A stretch of DNA of 64,000 bases from positions 118,546,001 to 118,610,000 of the forward strand of contig NC_086097.1 in assembly GCF_963921235.1 (NCBI RefSeq). The letters run 5' to 3'. Both the position numbers and the translations under genes were made by a program. Origin of the DNA: Mobula hypostoma. Lineage: Eukaryota. The notes beneath the pieces were generated by a model. The model was not told the origin of the DNA, made no database searches, and worked only from the letters and a program-made list of their open reading frames with translations. Of the stretch, positions 38,601 through 51,670 are shown one piece after another; position 1 is the first letter of the stretch; each line of letters starts with the position of its first letter.

Positions 38601-41600
38601 GCTGTTAAATGTTCCTGGCATTCAGAAAAAAATACAAAATGCTTTTAACCAATGTTTTCTTTAGCTGTGTTTAACCAATTTAACTAACAATAGTATAATT
38701 TACATAAATTAATATAAGCTCTTAGAACAAAGTTAATCAATCAAATTTTTCACCTAATACATACCCATCTTCTCCACTGCCATTCCTCTCCCTTCAAATA
38801 TATTCGCTAAACTTTTTAGGTTTAGCAGGTCGATTTTCCAACACAACTACTGAGGGAGTGTGGCAAGATTTCGTGTAAACCTGGTAGACTCCATGAGGAG
38901 TCCGACCTCCATCCACAATTGGGAATCACCATCAAAGAGCAGCCAGCAAGTCTGGGACTTATACATGAGCTTCCTGACATCTACTAAGCATAAATCAGCA
39001 GAAAAGGCAGCATCTAAAGAGAGGAATGAACTGTCGAGATTTTGGGCTGAGACCCTTCAACAGGTGCTTAAATGCTGGCAGTTTACTTTTAAGCTGCTAA
39101 AATTTGTTGTTTTTTTAGCAAATTCCAGGTCTTAGTCTCCATCACATCCTTCACATAATAATTGAATTATGAGGGCTCTTCTCCAATCTGGTCTGAGGAT
39201 TCTTTTGAAAATTTCCACTGGGATAATAATGACTTTGCAGTCTGCGAGCTGAATGAATGGGAAGGTTATTGCTATGATCTTGCTATTTCTGGATCCAATG
39301 CTTCCTACACACATTTCTCCTCTATGAGCTATCATTCAGGAAGACACTTCTCATTTTTTTGCACACAGAAGCCTGCGAGTAATTATGCATTGTGTTAGCG
39401 TTTGAGCTATCAGTAAGTTGACTCTAATAGACACCACTCAATGTGTTCTTTATGAAATCTGCTCGATTTTGTTTTCCAGAGTGCTACACTTTTATACCCA
39501 CGTACTCATCAATCATACTGGAAGCTGCATGATATTCTAGGCATCTCACGCTAAGTGAATTACCCGGCTCAGAAAACTAACTTCAGGTTCAAAATGTGAT
39601 AAACGTAATACAATTTAGCAACTCATATTCAAATGGATGCTGAATATATAATACTAATTACTACCACTGATTATGCTACAAATGTCGTTCGCTGCATCTT
39701 TATTTATGAAATCACACCACACATTCCTCTGAGGATTTGCAAGCATCTATAATATTGGCATATTTGTGCTTCGCTTACTTTTTTTAAAACAGAATTTGTA
39801 TGTATGATGAGAAGCTTGAAGAGGCTAACTATATTGTCTTCGGTTCTGCACCTCATTACTCTGAGCTTTTACTGCTTACTATTTTTATTTTGGCTCTGCC
39901 TTGGTTAAAATCAGATTTTCGTAAATGAGGTTATTGTCTGTACCTATTAGTCCACAGGCAATATGAATATGACTCATAATGGCTCTGCTTTCCTTTTTAT
40001 CTCTCTATATCTGCCCATCATAGTAATAAATGCTATCTTAATTCATACAGGAGGCCATTCCAGGAAGAATTACAATCTACTTTTGATGTTAATGCTACCA
40101 TGACTAACACATTAACATGAAATCAAATGACCATTTTCCACTATAACATTTTAAAGACTTCTTGCGTGGAGATGCAAAACTTACTTTCACCATCATATAG
40201 AATCCAACTAAATTGATATCATATAGTCTACATGATAAAAGACAGAGTACCATTGTCAGTGTGCCTTTAAAAAGATAGTTGCAGTTTCACATAGGAGTTT
40301 CAGAATTCTTCAATTCATTTCTCTCTTTCTGTGGTAAATATACACTCAGTAGTCACTTTATTAGGTACACCTGTACACTTCTCATTAATGCAAATATCTA
40401 ATCAGTCAAACATGTGGCAGGAACCCAATCCATAAAAGCATGCAGTCATGATCAAGGGGTTCAGTTGTTGTTCTGATCAAACATCAGAATGGGGAAGAAA
40501 TGTGATCCAAGTGATTGACTGTGGAATGCTTGTTGATGCCAATTCGTGTGGTTTGAGTATCTCAGAAACTGCTGATCTCCTGAGATTTTCTTTAGAGTTT
40601 ACAGAGAATGGTTCAAAAAAAAACAAAAAACATCCAGTAGCAGTTTTAAAACCTTATTATAAAAGAAGTCAGAAGAGAATGGCTGGACTGTATCAAGTCA
40701 GCAGAAAGTCAACAGTAACTCAAATATCCACGTGTTAAAACAGTGTTATGGGGGATTTCAACATGCAGGTAGACTGGAGGAATCAGGTTGGTACTGGACC
40801 CCAAGAAAGGGAGTTTGTGGAGTCCCTCCGAGATGGATTCTTAGAACAGCTTGTACTGGAGCCTACCAGAGAGAATGCAATTCTAGATTTAGTGTTGTGC
40901 GATGAACCGGATTTGATCAGGGACCTCGAGGTAAAGGAGCTATTCGGAGGTAGTGACCATAATATGATAAGTTTTAATCAACAATTTGAGAGGGAGGAGG
41001 GAAACTCGGAAGTGTCAGTATTACAGTCGAACAAAGGAAACTATGGTGCTATGAGGGAGGAGCTGGCCAAAGTTCAATGGAACAATACCCTAGCAGGGAT
41101 GACAGTGGAACAACAATGACAAGTGTTTCTGGGAATAATGTGGAAGGTGCAGGATCAGTTCATTCCCAAGAGGAAGAAAGATCCTAAGGGGAGTAAGGGG
41201 AGGCAGTGGCTGACAAGGGAAGTAATGGACAGTATAAAAATAAAAGAGAAGAAGCATAACATAGCAAAGACGAGTGAGAAGCCGGAGGATTGGGAAACTT
41301 TTAAAGAGCAACAGAAGGAAACTAAAAAGGCGAAAAAATGAGGTACGAAGGTAAACTAGCCAAGAATATAAAGGAGGATAGTAAAAGCTTCTTTAGGTAT
41401 GTGTAAAGGAAAAAAATAGTTAAGACCAAAACTGGGCCCTTGAAGACAGAAGCAGGTGAATTTATTATGGGGAACAAGGAAATGGCAGACGAGTTGAACA
41501 GGTATTTTGGATCTGTCTTCACTAGGGAAGACACAAACAATCTCCCAGATGTAATAGTGGCCAAAGGACTTAGGGTAATGGATGAACTGAAGGAAATTTA

Positions 41601-42357
41601 TATTATGCAGGAAATGGTGTTGGATAGACTGTTGGGTCTGAAGGCTGATAAGTCCCCGGGACCTGATGGTCTGCATCCCAGGGTACTTAAGGAGGTGGCT
41701 TTAGAAATCGTGGATGCATTGGTAATCATTTTCCAATGTTCTATAGATTCAGGATCAGTTCCTGTAGATTGGAGGGTGGCTAATGTTGTCCGTCTCTTCA
41801 AGAAGGGAGGAAGAGAGAAAACAGGGAATTATAGACCTGTTAGCCTGACGTCGGTGGTGGGAAGGATGCTGGAGTCAATTATAAAAGATGAAATTATGAC
41901 ATACCTGGATAACAGTAACAGGATCGGTCTGAGGCAGCATGGATTTACGAAGGGGAAAATTGTGCTTGACTAATCTTCTGGAATTCTTTGAGGATGTAAC
42001 TATGAAAATGGACAAGGGAGAGCCAGTGGATGTAGTGTACCTGGACTTTCAGAAAGCCTTTGATGTACTCCCACATAGGAGATTGGTGGGCAAAACTAGG
42101 GCACATGGTATTGGGGGAAAAGTATTGACATGGATTGAAAATTGGCTAGCTGACAGAAAACAAAGAGTAGCGATTAACAGGTCCCTTTTGGAATGGCAGG
42201 TGGTGACCAGTGGGGTACCGCAGGGTTCAGTGCTGGGACCGCAGCTGTTTACAATATATATTAATGATCTAGATGAGGGAATTAAAAGTAACATTAGCAA
42301 ATTTGCTGATGACACAAAGCTGGGTGGCAGTGTGAAATGTGAGGAGGATGTTATGAG

Positions 42358-44271
42358 TGACTCTGATGACTCTGCCATAGTTGGATGCATTAGCAAGGGA
42401 GATGAGGCTGAGTACAGGGCTACGGTAGGAAACTTCGTCACATGGTGTGAGCTGAATTATCTGCAGCTTAATGTGAAAAAGACTAATGAGGTAGTGGTGG
42501 ACCTGAGGAGGGCTAAGGCACCGGTGACCCTTGTTTCTATCCAGGGGGTCAGTCTGGACATGGTGGAGGATTACAATTACCTGGGGATAAGAATTAACAA
42601 TAAACTGGACTGGTCAAAGAACACTGAGGCTATCTACAAGAAGGGTTAGAGCTGTCTCTATTTCCTGAGGAGACTGAGGTCCTGTAACATCTGTTGGATG
42701 ATGTTGCGAATGTTCTACGAGTCTGTGGTGGCCAGTGTGATCATGTTTGCTGTTGTGTGCTGGGGCAGCAGGCTGAGGGTAGCAGACACCAACAGAATCA
42801 ACAAACTCATTCGTAAGGCCAGTGATGTTGTGGGGATGGAACTGGACTCTCTCACGGTGGTGTCTGAAAAGAGGATGCTGTCCAAGTTGCATGCCATCTT
42901 GGACAATGTCTCCCATCCACTACATACTGTACTGGTTGGGCACAGGAGTACATTCAGCCTGAGACTCATTCCACCGAGATGCAACACAGAGCATCATAGG
43001 AAGTCATTCCTGCCTGTGGCCATCAAACTTTACAACTCCTCCCTTGGAGGGTCAGACACCCTGAGCCAATAGGCTGGTCCTGGACTTATTTCCTGGCATA
43101 ATTTACATATTACTATTTAATTATTTATGGTTTTATTACTTTTTATTTATGGTGCAACTGTAACAAAAACCAATTTCCCCCGGGATCAATGAAGTATGAC
43201 TATGACTATGTCTATGACTATGATTCTTTACCACAGTTATCAGCATTTTGCAAGTGCTATGCTAGCTGGTCATTTCCTGCCATAATTTACATATTACAAT
43301 TTAATTATTTAATTATTGATGGTTTTATATTGATATATTTATACTCTATTCTTGGTTGGGGCAACTGTAACGAGAATCAATTTCCCTCGGGATCAATAAA
43401 GTATGACTATTGTTATGTACCCCGTAACTGGGTTGCCAAACCAGCAGAAATGGACCACTTAGTTGGAGTCTGGATTACTGGAACTAAGAAAGTTTTATTA
43501 AAGAAATAAGCAACTCAGTACTCTAATCAAAAGGATATAAATGCAACAGTTTAGCAATGATAAAATACACATGTACACAGAACTAGGATAATAGGATCAA
43601 TCAAGCTCTATCGCAGTCTAGGGGTAAAATGATCAGTTTCAAGTGACGCAAAGTTCAGTTCAATTTAGTTCAGTTCAGTTCGCAGTAATCGCTGTTGTGC
43701 AGTTGGGGCAGGGAGAAGAGCGAGAGCGAAAGCGAATGAATATTCAAAACGGATTCCACACAGACCTTCGATATTCCTCGCAGTTAGCTTTAGAGCGAGC
43801 CCTTTGTAATGTCTTCTGAGGTCACCAACTGTGACCCCTCCGTTCCAGATACGATCGTTCCTCTGCGGTGAATCCGGCACCCAGGCAAGGGCGGACACAC
43901 ACACCGGGTTCCCGCCCGACCGTATCTTTCTACCCTGTGCGTCTATGGCTGGTCCCGCGACCAGACCTCCAAAACTCCCAGCAACTTGTGGGGGCACACT
44001 GCTTCCAGGGTCTCGTTACCTCGTGGTGTCGTGTGTCTATTGCCTTAGCAAACCTGTCCCTTTTTATCCCCCTGCTGGGGTATCATCTGTCCATCAAACT
44101 TCAAACAGTTCAGGGTTCAAAGCCACCGGTCTCTGACAATACTCGAACCGTGTTTCCTTTCGGTAATCTCTCTCATCTCTCTCTTATTAGCACCTTGCAT
44201 GCTCCCCCCTTGTCCTCTTATCGGCATCAATCTTCTGATAATTGGTTCTTTTGTCACACTATGACTATGAC
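42358..44271 (+). mobile_element. Rex1 3' fragment(s) with (CTATGA)n tail; two tandem 3' ends
   Basis: SDDSAIVGCI...LQLNVKKT...YLG...FYESVVAS...SFLPVAIKLYN; TATGAG repeated at 42352-42357 and 44272-44277. Confidence 0.88.
43411..44258 (-). mobile_element. Solo LTR (Gypsy-like), 848 bp
   Basis: TGT...ACA termini, 4-bp TSD CTAT (43407-43410, 44259-44262), minus-strand AATAAA at about 43495, CpG retained. Confidence 0.8.
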
Positions 44272-45494
44272 TATGAGAATGCAGGGTGACTTGGACAGAC
44301 GGTGAGTGGGCAGATGCATGGCATATGCAGTTTAATGTGGATAAATGCGAGGTTATCTACTTTGGTGATAAGAACAGGAATTCAGCTTATTATCTGAATG
44401 GAGTCAAGTTAGGAAAAGGGGAAGGACAATGAGGTCTAGGTGTTCTTGTACATCAGTTACTGAAAGCAAGCATGCAAGTACAGCAGGCAGTGAAGAAAGC
44501 TAATGGTATGTTGGCCTTCATAACAAGAGGAATTGAGTATAAGAGCAAAGAGGTCCTTCTGCAGCTGTACAGGGCCCTGGTGAGACCACACCTGGAGTAC
44601 CGTGTGCAGTTTTGGTCTCCAAATTTGAGGAAGGACATTCTTGCTATTGAAGGAGTGCAGCGTAGGTTCACAAAGTTAATTCTCGGGATGGCGGGATTGT
44701 CATATGTTGAAAGATTGGAGCGACGGGCTTGTATACTCTGGAATTTAGAAGGCTGAGAGGGGATCTTATTGAAACATATAGGATTATTAAGGGATTGGAC
44801 ACGCTGGAGGCAGGAAGCATGTTCCTACTGATGGGTGAGTCCAGAACCAGAGGCTACAGTTTAAGAATAAGGGGTAGGCCATTTAGAACGGAGTTGAGGA
44901 AAAACTTTTTCACCCAGAGAGTGGTGGATATATGGAATGCTCTGCCCCAGAAGGCTGTGGAGGCCAAGTCTCTGGATGCTTTCAAGAAAGAGACGGATAG
45001 AGCTCTTAAAGAATGCAGAATCAAATGTAATGGGGATAAGGCAGGAACTGGAAACTGATTGTGGATGATCAGCCATGATCACAGTGAATGGCGGTGCTGG
45101 CTCAAAGGGCCGAGTGGCCTACTCCTACACCTATTGTCTATAGGTGTGCATGTCTGAATGCACAACATGCTGATCCTTAAAGTGGATGGGCTACAGCAGC
45201 AGAAGACCACAAACATACACTCAGTGGCCACTTTATTAGCTACCTCCTGTACCTAATATGTGGCCATTGAGTGTATATTTTATCAAAGACATCAGCTACT
45301 AACCCAAGTCAAAAATGATCTGGAATTTTAACTAAATTGGTTACGTATGTCTTCCCCACCCTGTGAAAACTGGCCAGGGCAAAGGCAGCATTGCAAATCT
45401 GGACATGATGCAGTACCACAGGTAGATTTGTTAATAAGTGGTGAGTAAACACAATCTATATTATTGAACTTGAACACATTCCACGAAGGGAGCT

Positions 45495-47900
45495 AACTAG
45501 TTAGGCATCTGCTTATCTGTATTGAGGAGATCTGAAGAGATTTGGCATGTCACCAAGGTCTCTAGCAAATTTCTACAGAGGCAGTGTGGAGAGAACTCTA
45601 ATTGGTTGCTTGATTGTTTAGTATGGAGGGCAAATGCACGGAATTAGAAAAAGGCTTCAGCAGGTTGTGAACTCAGCCAGCTCCATTACTGGCACCTTCA
45701 AAAGGTGATGCCTCAAAAAGGCCTCATCAGTCATAAAGATTCAGCCTTCAGTCTGGAGACTGGGAGGCTTATAGCTCAGCCAGGGCCAACCTGAAGAGGG
45801 GAATCTCTCAGGCTAAACACATATACAAACAGAGAATTGAGGAGCATTTCAACTGCTCGGACCCCCGGCACATGTATCATGGTATACAGGTCATTATAGA
45901 TTTCAAACCACCTAGTACTGTGCCCCCTTCTAGCTCTGCTTCCCTCCCTGATGAGCTCAATTACTTCTACGCTCACTTTGACCGAGAGAACATGGAGGTC
46001 ACCCTCAAAGCGAATCTCCCAGCTGATGAACTGCCCCTCTCACTTTCCACCTCCGATGTTTGTGCCACTCTGAGCAGGGTGAATGTACGGAAGGCAGCTG
46101 GTCTGGATGGAATACCTGGCCGTGTACTCAGAGTCTGTGCAGGGCAGTTGACCAGGGTCTTCATGGACATTTTTAATCTGTCCCTGGCCCAGGCAGTTGT
46201 CCCCACAAGCTTCAAGATCACCACCATTGTGCCAGTGCTGAAGCATTCCACTGCCACGGGCCTGAATGACTTCCGCCCAGTTGCACTCACCCCCATCATT
46301 GCAAAGTGCTTTGAGAGACTGGTTCTATCACATCTGAAATCCTGTCTGCCCACTACCCATCAATTTGCCTATCGTACCAACAGGTCAACAGAGGACACCA
46401 TCTCCGTGGCACTTCACTCTGCCTTGACCCACCTGGACAGCCCCAACTCTTACATCAGAATGCTGTTCATTGACTTCAGTTCGGCATTTAATACTGTGAT
46501 CTCCTCCATGCTGATCAGCAAACTTTGCCAACTTGGTATCAGCTCATCCCTCTGCAATTGAATCTTGGACTTTCTGACTAACAGATTCCAATCAGTTAAG
46601 TTAGACAGCCTCTCCTCCTCCACTCTCACCCTGAGCACTGGCATGCCTCAAGGCTGTGCTGAGCCCTCTTCTGTACTCCCTTTTCACCTATGACTGCATT
46701 CCTGTACATGGTCCTAACTCCATAATCAAGTTCGCAGATGACACCACGGTGGTTGGCCTGATCAGTGGGGATGACAAGACGGCCTACAGGGATGAGGTCC
46801 AGCACCTGGCTGCGTGGTGTGCCGACAACAACCTGGCCCTTAAAACCCAGAAGACCAAGAAGATTATTGTGGACCCAGGCATGCTAGAAGCCACACTTAT
46901 GTCCCCATCTACATCAACGGAGCTGTAGTGGAGCATGTATCAAGCTTCAAATTCCTTGTTTGGTGTCCACATTTCCAAGGATCTCACCTGGTCCCTGATC
47001 TCTTCCATCCTGATCAAAAAGGTGCTAAAGCACCTTTATTTCCTGTGGAGCATCAAGAAAGTTCACCTCTGTCCCAGGATACTGAGGACTTTTACTGCTG
47101 TACCATTGAGAGCATACTCACCAACTGCATCTCAGTGTGGTATGGCAATTGTCCCGTATCAGACCACAAAGCACTCCAGTGTATGGTGAAAACCGCCCAG
47201 TGGATTATAGGTACCCAATTGCCCACCATTGAAAACGTCTACCATAAACACTGCCTGGGCAGGGCGAAAAGAATTATCAAGGATTCATCTCACCCTAACC
47301 ATGGACTTTTTACTGTCCTTCTATCCAGTAGGCACTACAGAAGCCTCTGCTCCCACACCAGCAGGCACAAGAAGAGCTTCTTCCCTGAGGCTGTGACCCT
47401 GCTGAACCTCACATCACAGCACTAAGCAATATTGCACCCATATTGTATTATCTCAGTACTTCTATATTTGTGTGCTGTAGCACTTTTTTTATTCTCAGTT
47501 ATTTTGTAAATAACACTATTCTTTGCATTTCTGGTTAGATGCTAACTGCATTTCATTGGCTTTGTATCTGTACTTGGCACAATGACAATAATCTAATCTT
47601 AAGGACCTCTATCACCCAAGATGTGCCTCTTCTCATCACTGCCATCAGAAAGGATGTACAGGAGCCTGAAGCCACACACTCTGTTTTTTAGGAACAGTTT
47701 CTTCCCTTCCTCCATCAGATTTCTGAATGGACAATGAATGCTACCACACTATTTTAGCTTTCTTTTGCACTATTTATTTATTTATTATAGTTAACTTTCT
47801 TAGTATAGTTTATAGAATATTTTATATATTGTGCTGTATTGCTGTGGCAAAATAGCATATTTCACAACATATGCCAGTGATAATGTACCTGTTTCTGATT
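45495..47900 (+). mobile_element. Old Rex1-type 3' fragment (about 45495-45734 plus 47600-47900) split by a younger Rex1
   Basis: ...CCTCAAAAAGGCCTCATCAGTCA resumes TAAGGACCTCTATCACCCA...; same 3' UTR as other copies. Confidence 0.65.
45735..47599 (+). mobile_element. Rex1/Babar LINE, 5'-truncated
   Basis: RKAAGLDGIPGRVL, LNDFRPVALT, HQFAYR, LFIDFSSAFNT, KFADD; (AATCT)n tail. Confidence 0.88.
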
Positions 47901-48279
47901 CATTAAGACATTTTGAGCTGGATATGCAATGTCATTGAGTCCTTGGGCCATTGTTTATGCTCAGACACAGTGAACGGGGGGCCTGGTGAGTTCCATTGAT
48001 CAAATCAGCGCTTTTTATCATCTCTCTGTCAGATGGTTAAATCATTCACTTAAAACACCTGATTTGGTTATGCAGATTATGTGCGTAATCAATAGTTAAG
48101 ATTATTGGTTTGCAATAAACAGGAAACAGCTGGAAAACAATGCCATATTCCTGAATTTCTCCCCTTGTTTTCTCGAGTTGGCTGTCCGAGATTTCCCCCC
48201 TTAAATACACACTAAATCAGATGATTGAATATAGCAAAGAAGATCCAGAATTTTTTGATACGATGATTAAAAAAGAGGT

Positions 48280-48465
48280 AACACATGCAAAATGCTGGAG
48301 AAACTCAGCAGGTCAGGCAGCATCTCTGGTGAGGAATAAAGAGCCAAAGTTTCAGGCTGAGACCTTTCATCAGGACACCCTTCACCTCAACGCTCATTAT
48401 CGAGTTCCTTCTGCATTTGTGCATATTACTCTGGATTTCCAGCATCTACAGAATATTTTGTGTTG
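48280..48465. mobile_element. Short Penelope-derived inverted pair with hammerhead
   Basis: Minus-strand GTC CTGATGA AAGGTCTCAGCCT GAAAC at 48342-48376, then a plus-oriented 3' end ...TTTCCAGCATCTACAGA. Confidence 0.7.
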
Positions 48466-49347
48466 GTGATCATATAAAGAACCTTTGGTACTTGAAAGAG
48501 ATCTGGATCTTCGGCGATTCTGCAGAGCAAAGAAGAATCAGAGTTCTTTGATAAGATGATTTAGCTGGGATGGAGGTGGCAAAAGAAGGGAAAAGGAGCC
48601 CATGATGAATGAACAAAATTTGTGATCATCATGGAGGAAGTACAGGAGTCTGAGGACTCACTCTCAGTGTTTCAGGAACAGCTTCTTCCCCTCAGACATC
48701 AGATTTCTGAATGGAAAGTGAACACATGTACTCTACCTCACTACTTTCTTTCAAAGTTCAAAGTACATTTGTTATCAAAGTATGTATACTGAATACAATC
48801 TTGAGATTTACCTCCTTACAGGCAACCACCAATCAAAGAAACCCAATACAGCCCATTAAAAAAAGACCATCAAACACCCAATGTGCAGAAAAAAACTCAC
48901 ATTGTGCCTACAGCAAAAGTATGCAAATAACATTCAGAACTGCAGTTCACAAAAGTGAGTTCACAACCACAAAGCTGTTTTACTATCTTTTTGCACCACC
49001 TACTTAATTTTTAAAAAATATATTTCTTATTGCCAGTTATTGTTTTTTTTTAATATGTATTACAATGTATTGCTGCTGCAAAACAACAAATTTCACGACA
49101 TATGCCAGTGACATTAACCATGATTCTATAAAGTTTGGACAAAGAGTTTCGTCAGCCCTGGATGATGAAAAGCCCTTTTGGTGATAGAGGAAGGGGTGCT
49201 GAAGACATTTGTGCCTTGGCGGAACTCTAACAGACCAGTGCAAGATCATATTTCACTCTTGCACTAAAACAGGCTTTCCTGAAAGAGCTGGATGCTGTGA
49301 AACCAAAATGAGAATACCTAATTCTGGCAGAAAGAAACAAAACAATA

Positions 49348-49862
49348 GTCCTGGGTGATAGGGGCTCTTAATGATGGATACCAACTTTTTGAGGATGTTC
49401 TGGATACTACAGAGGCTAATGCCCATAATGGAGCTGACTGTGTTTACAATTCTCTCATGGGTACTAGCCTCCATAGTATCCAGGACATCTTCATGGAGTG
49501 ATGCATCAAAAAGTTGGCATCCATGATTAAGGACCCCCATCACCCAGGACATGCTCTTTTTTCATTGCTACTATAGGGAAGGAGGTACAGGAGCCCAAAG
49601 GCACACACTTAACAATTCAGGAACAGCTTCTTCCCCTCTGCCATATGATTACTGAATTAACCAATGAAAAATATCTCACTACTTCTTTATTTCTGTTTTT
49701 GCACTTGCACTACTTATTTAATTTAACCATATATATATATACACACACACATTTATTGTAATTCACTGTTTTATTTTACTATTATAATGTATTACATTGT
49801 ACCACTGCACCAAAAACAAATTTCATGCTGGTGATATTAAACTTGATTCTGATTCTGATTCT
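49348..49862. mobile_element. Rex1 3' fragments in inverted arrangement
   Basis: 49348-49456 (minus) and 49457-49862 (plus) cover the same element segment; (GATTCT)n tail. Confidence 0.7.
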
Positions 49863-50147
49863 ATTTAGGGCTGGCCAGTAGTATATGTTTGAGTCAAACA
49901 AAAAAAGTGGAATCATAAGTCGTAAACATCAGTGTTTGTCAAAGTGTGCTTGAATGTCTACCTGACTAAAATGTTTGTGTGGGAGCTCATCTCTGAACAG
50001 TATCCATAGTCTGTCTTAAACGCCAGTTAGTTACACTGAGAGCTGGGAGATGATAACATTTTGTAGTCTTGACTGAAGTCTTGGGGATTTCTCTGGGTGT
50101 GTGAATTAGGAAGGAATTTTCAAGTAAAAACTAAAACTAGAGATGTA

Positions 50148-50395
50148 TACTCGGTTACCACTTTATTAGGTACATCTATAAGCTTGCTCATTAATGCAAG
50201 TATCTAATCAGCCAATCATGTGGCAGCAACTCGATACACAAAAGCATCTGATACTGTCAAGAGGCTCATTTGTTGCTTCTGAGGAAGTAATGTGATCTAA
50301 GTGACTATGACCATGGAATGATTGTTGGTGCCAGACAAGGTGGTTTGAGTATTTCAGAAACTGCTGATCTCCTGGGATTTTCACACAGAACAGTC
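50148..50395 (+). mobile_element. Tc1-like left-end fragment
   Basis: CCACTTTATTAGGTAC terminus and GMIVGARQGGLSISETADLLGFS coding remnant. Confidence 0.75.
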
Positions 50396-50429
50396 GCTCA
50401 TTGTGATGTGTTGATTGATGTGCCAGCGA

Positions 50430-51670
50430 TTTAAGCCCCCCTTCCCCTTCCAAGGAGCAGGCATTTTGTGTGGCCTTAGCCAATATGAGGAAGACCTCTG
50501 TCTAGGGTCAACCCATGTAAAGCTGAGGGGCCTAATAACTTACCTGGTCGGGTCCTGATGGACTGTGCAGCCCAGTTAACAGAGGTTCTAATAGACATAT
50601 TCAATTTTTTTCTGGAACAATCCACTGTTCCTGCAGGGTCCAAGGTGGCCACTATCATGCCAGTGTCAAAGAGGTCATCAGTAACATGTATCAATGACTA
50701 CCGTCCAGTTGCACTGAGATCAACAATAGTGAATTTCTTTCAGCAGTTGTTTATGAATCACAATAAACCCCACCTTCCTGCTACATTGGACCCTTTCCAG
50801 TTTGCTTATCTCTCAAATCGGTACAGTGATGATGCCATAGCCTCTGAACTTTATTCCATCCCTGTCCCAGTTGGAAAACGGTTCCCCAGTTGCCAGGATG
50901 TTGTTTTTCAACTTCAGCTAGGCATTTAATACGATCATCCCTCAGAAGCTTGTGGGTAAACTACACTTGGTGGGTCTCAACACCTCACTCTAAACTGGAT
51001 CTTGGACTTCTTGACAGAAAAACCACTGTCAGTCTGTGTTGGCAGAAACATCTCTAGCTCTATCACACTGGGCACCAGTGCCCCCACCCTCCAGGACTGT
51101 ATGCTCAGCCCACTGGTGCTCACACTGCTGACGCATGGCTGCACCACTAGACTGAGTTCAAACTGAATCATGAATTTGCTGATGACAGAACAGTGAAATG
51201 ATGATGATGCATCATCAACAGTGAAGATGAGACGGTGCACAGAAGGTAGAGTGACTAGTAGAATGGTGCAAGTGCAACAACTTGAGTTTCAATGTGGACA
51301 GGATCACAGAGGTGATTGTGGACTTCAGGAGACTGCAAGCTGACTACTTCTCACTGCACGTAAATGGCTCCACCATGGAGAGAGTTAGGAGCATCAAGTT
51401 TCTGGGAGTGCGCCTAATAAGCAATTTTACTTGGTCCCTCAACACCACCTCTTTAGTCAAGAAAGCACAGCAGCATCTCCACTTCCTGAGGAGATAAAGG
51501 TGAGCAAGGCTCCCCCCGCCACCTCCATCTCATTCTAACCAATTTTTACAGGAGCACCATCAAGAGTGTCCTGACCAGCTGCATCACCATCTGGTGTGGG
51601 AATTGTAAGGCATCTGATCACAATTCTCTACAAAGGATTGCAAGGGCTGCTGAGAGGATCATCAAGGAAT
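50430..51670 (+). mobile_element. Decayed Rex1/Babar LINE
   Basis: INDYRPVAL, LDPFQFAY, VIVDFRR, KFLGV, KKAQQHLHFLRR. Confidence 0.8.

Larger units (their letters stand above)
40746..45141 (+). mobile_element. CR1 LINE, 5'-truncated in the endonuclease, interrupted at 42358-44271
   Basis: MGDFN, KSPGPDGLHPRVLKEVA, KFADD, RPHLEY; CTATTGT tail. Confidence 0.92.
40343..45273 (+). mobile_element. Non-autonomous Tc1-like element (40343-40745 plus 45143-45273) hosting nested insertions
   Basis: TA-flanked termini CACTCAGT...GAGTG; transposase remnant GLSISETADLL...TVTQIST resumes at 45143 with ...KWMGYSSRRP. Confidence 0.85.

Noticed and set aside
39162..39398. Acidic/aromatic 78-aa ORF as an exon
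   Set aside because: In-frame stop directly upstream, TTG start, no usable acceptor, no recognisable family
43189..43225. Short periodic repeats as a CRISPR-like or coding array
   Set aside because: This is the (CTATGA)n LINE tail; no spacers, eukaryotic context
43665..44305. Overlapping ORFs in a GC-richer block
   Set aside because: They lie in a solo LTR and show no gag/pol motifs
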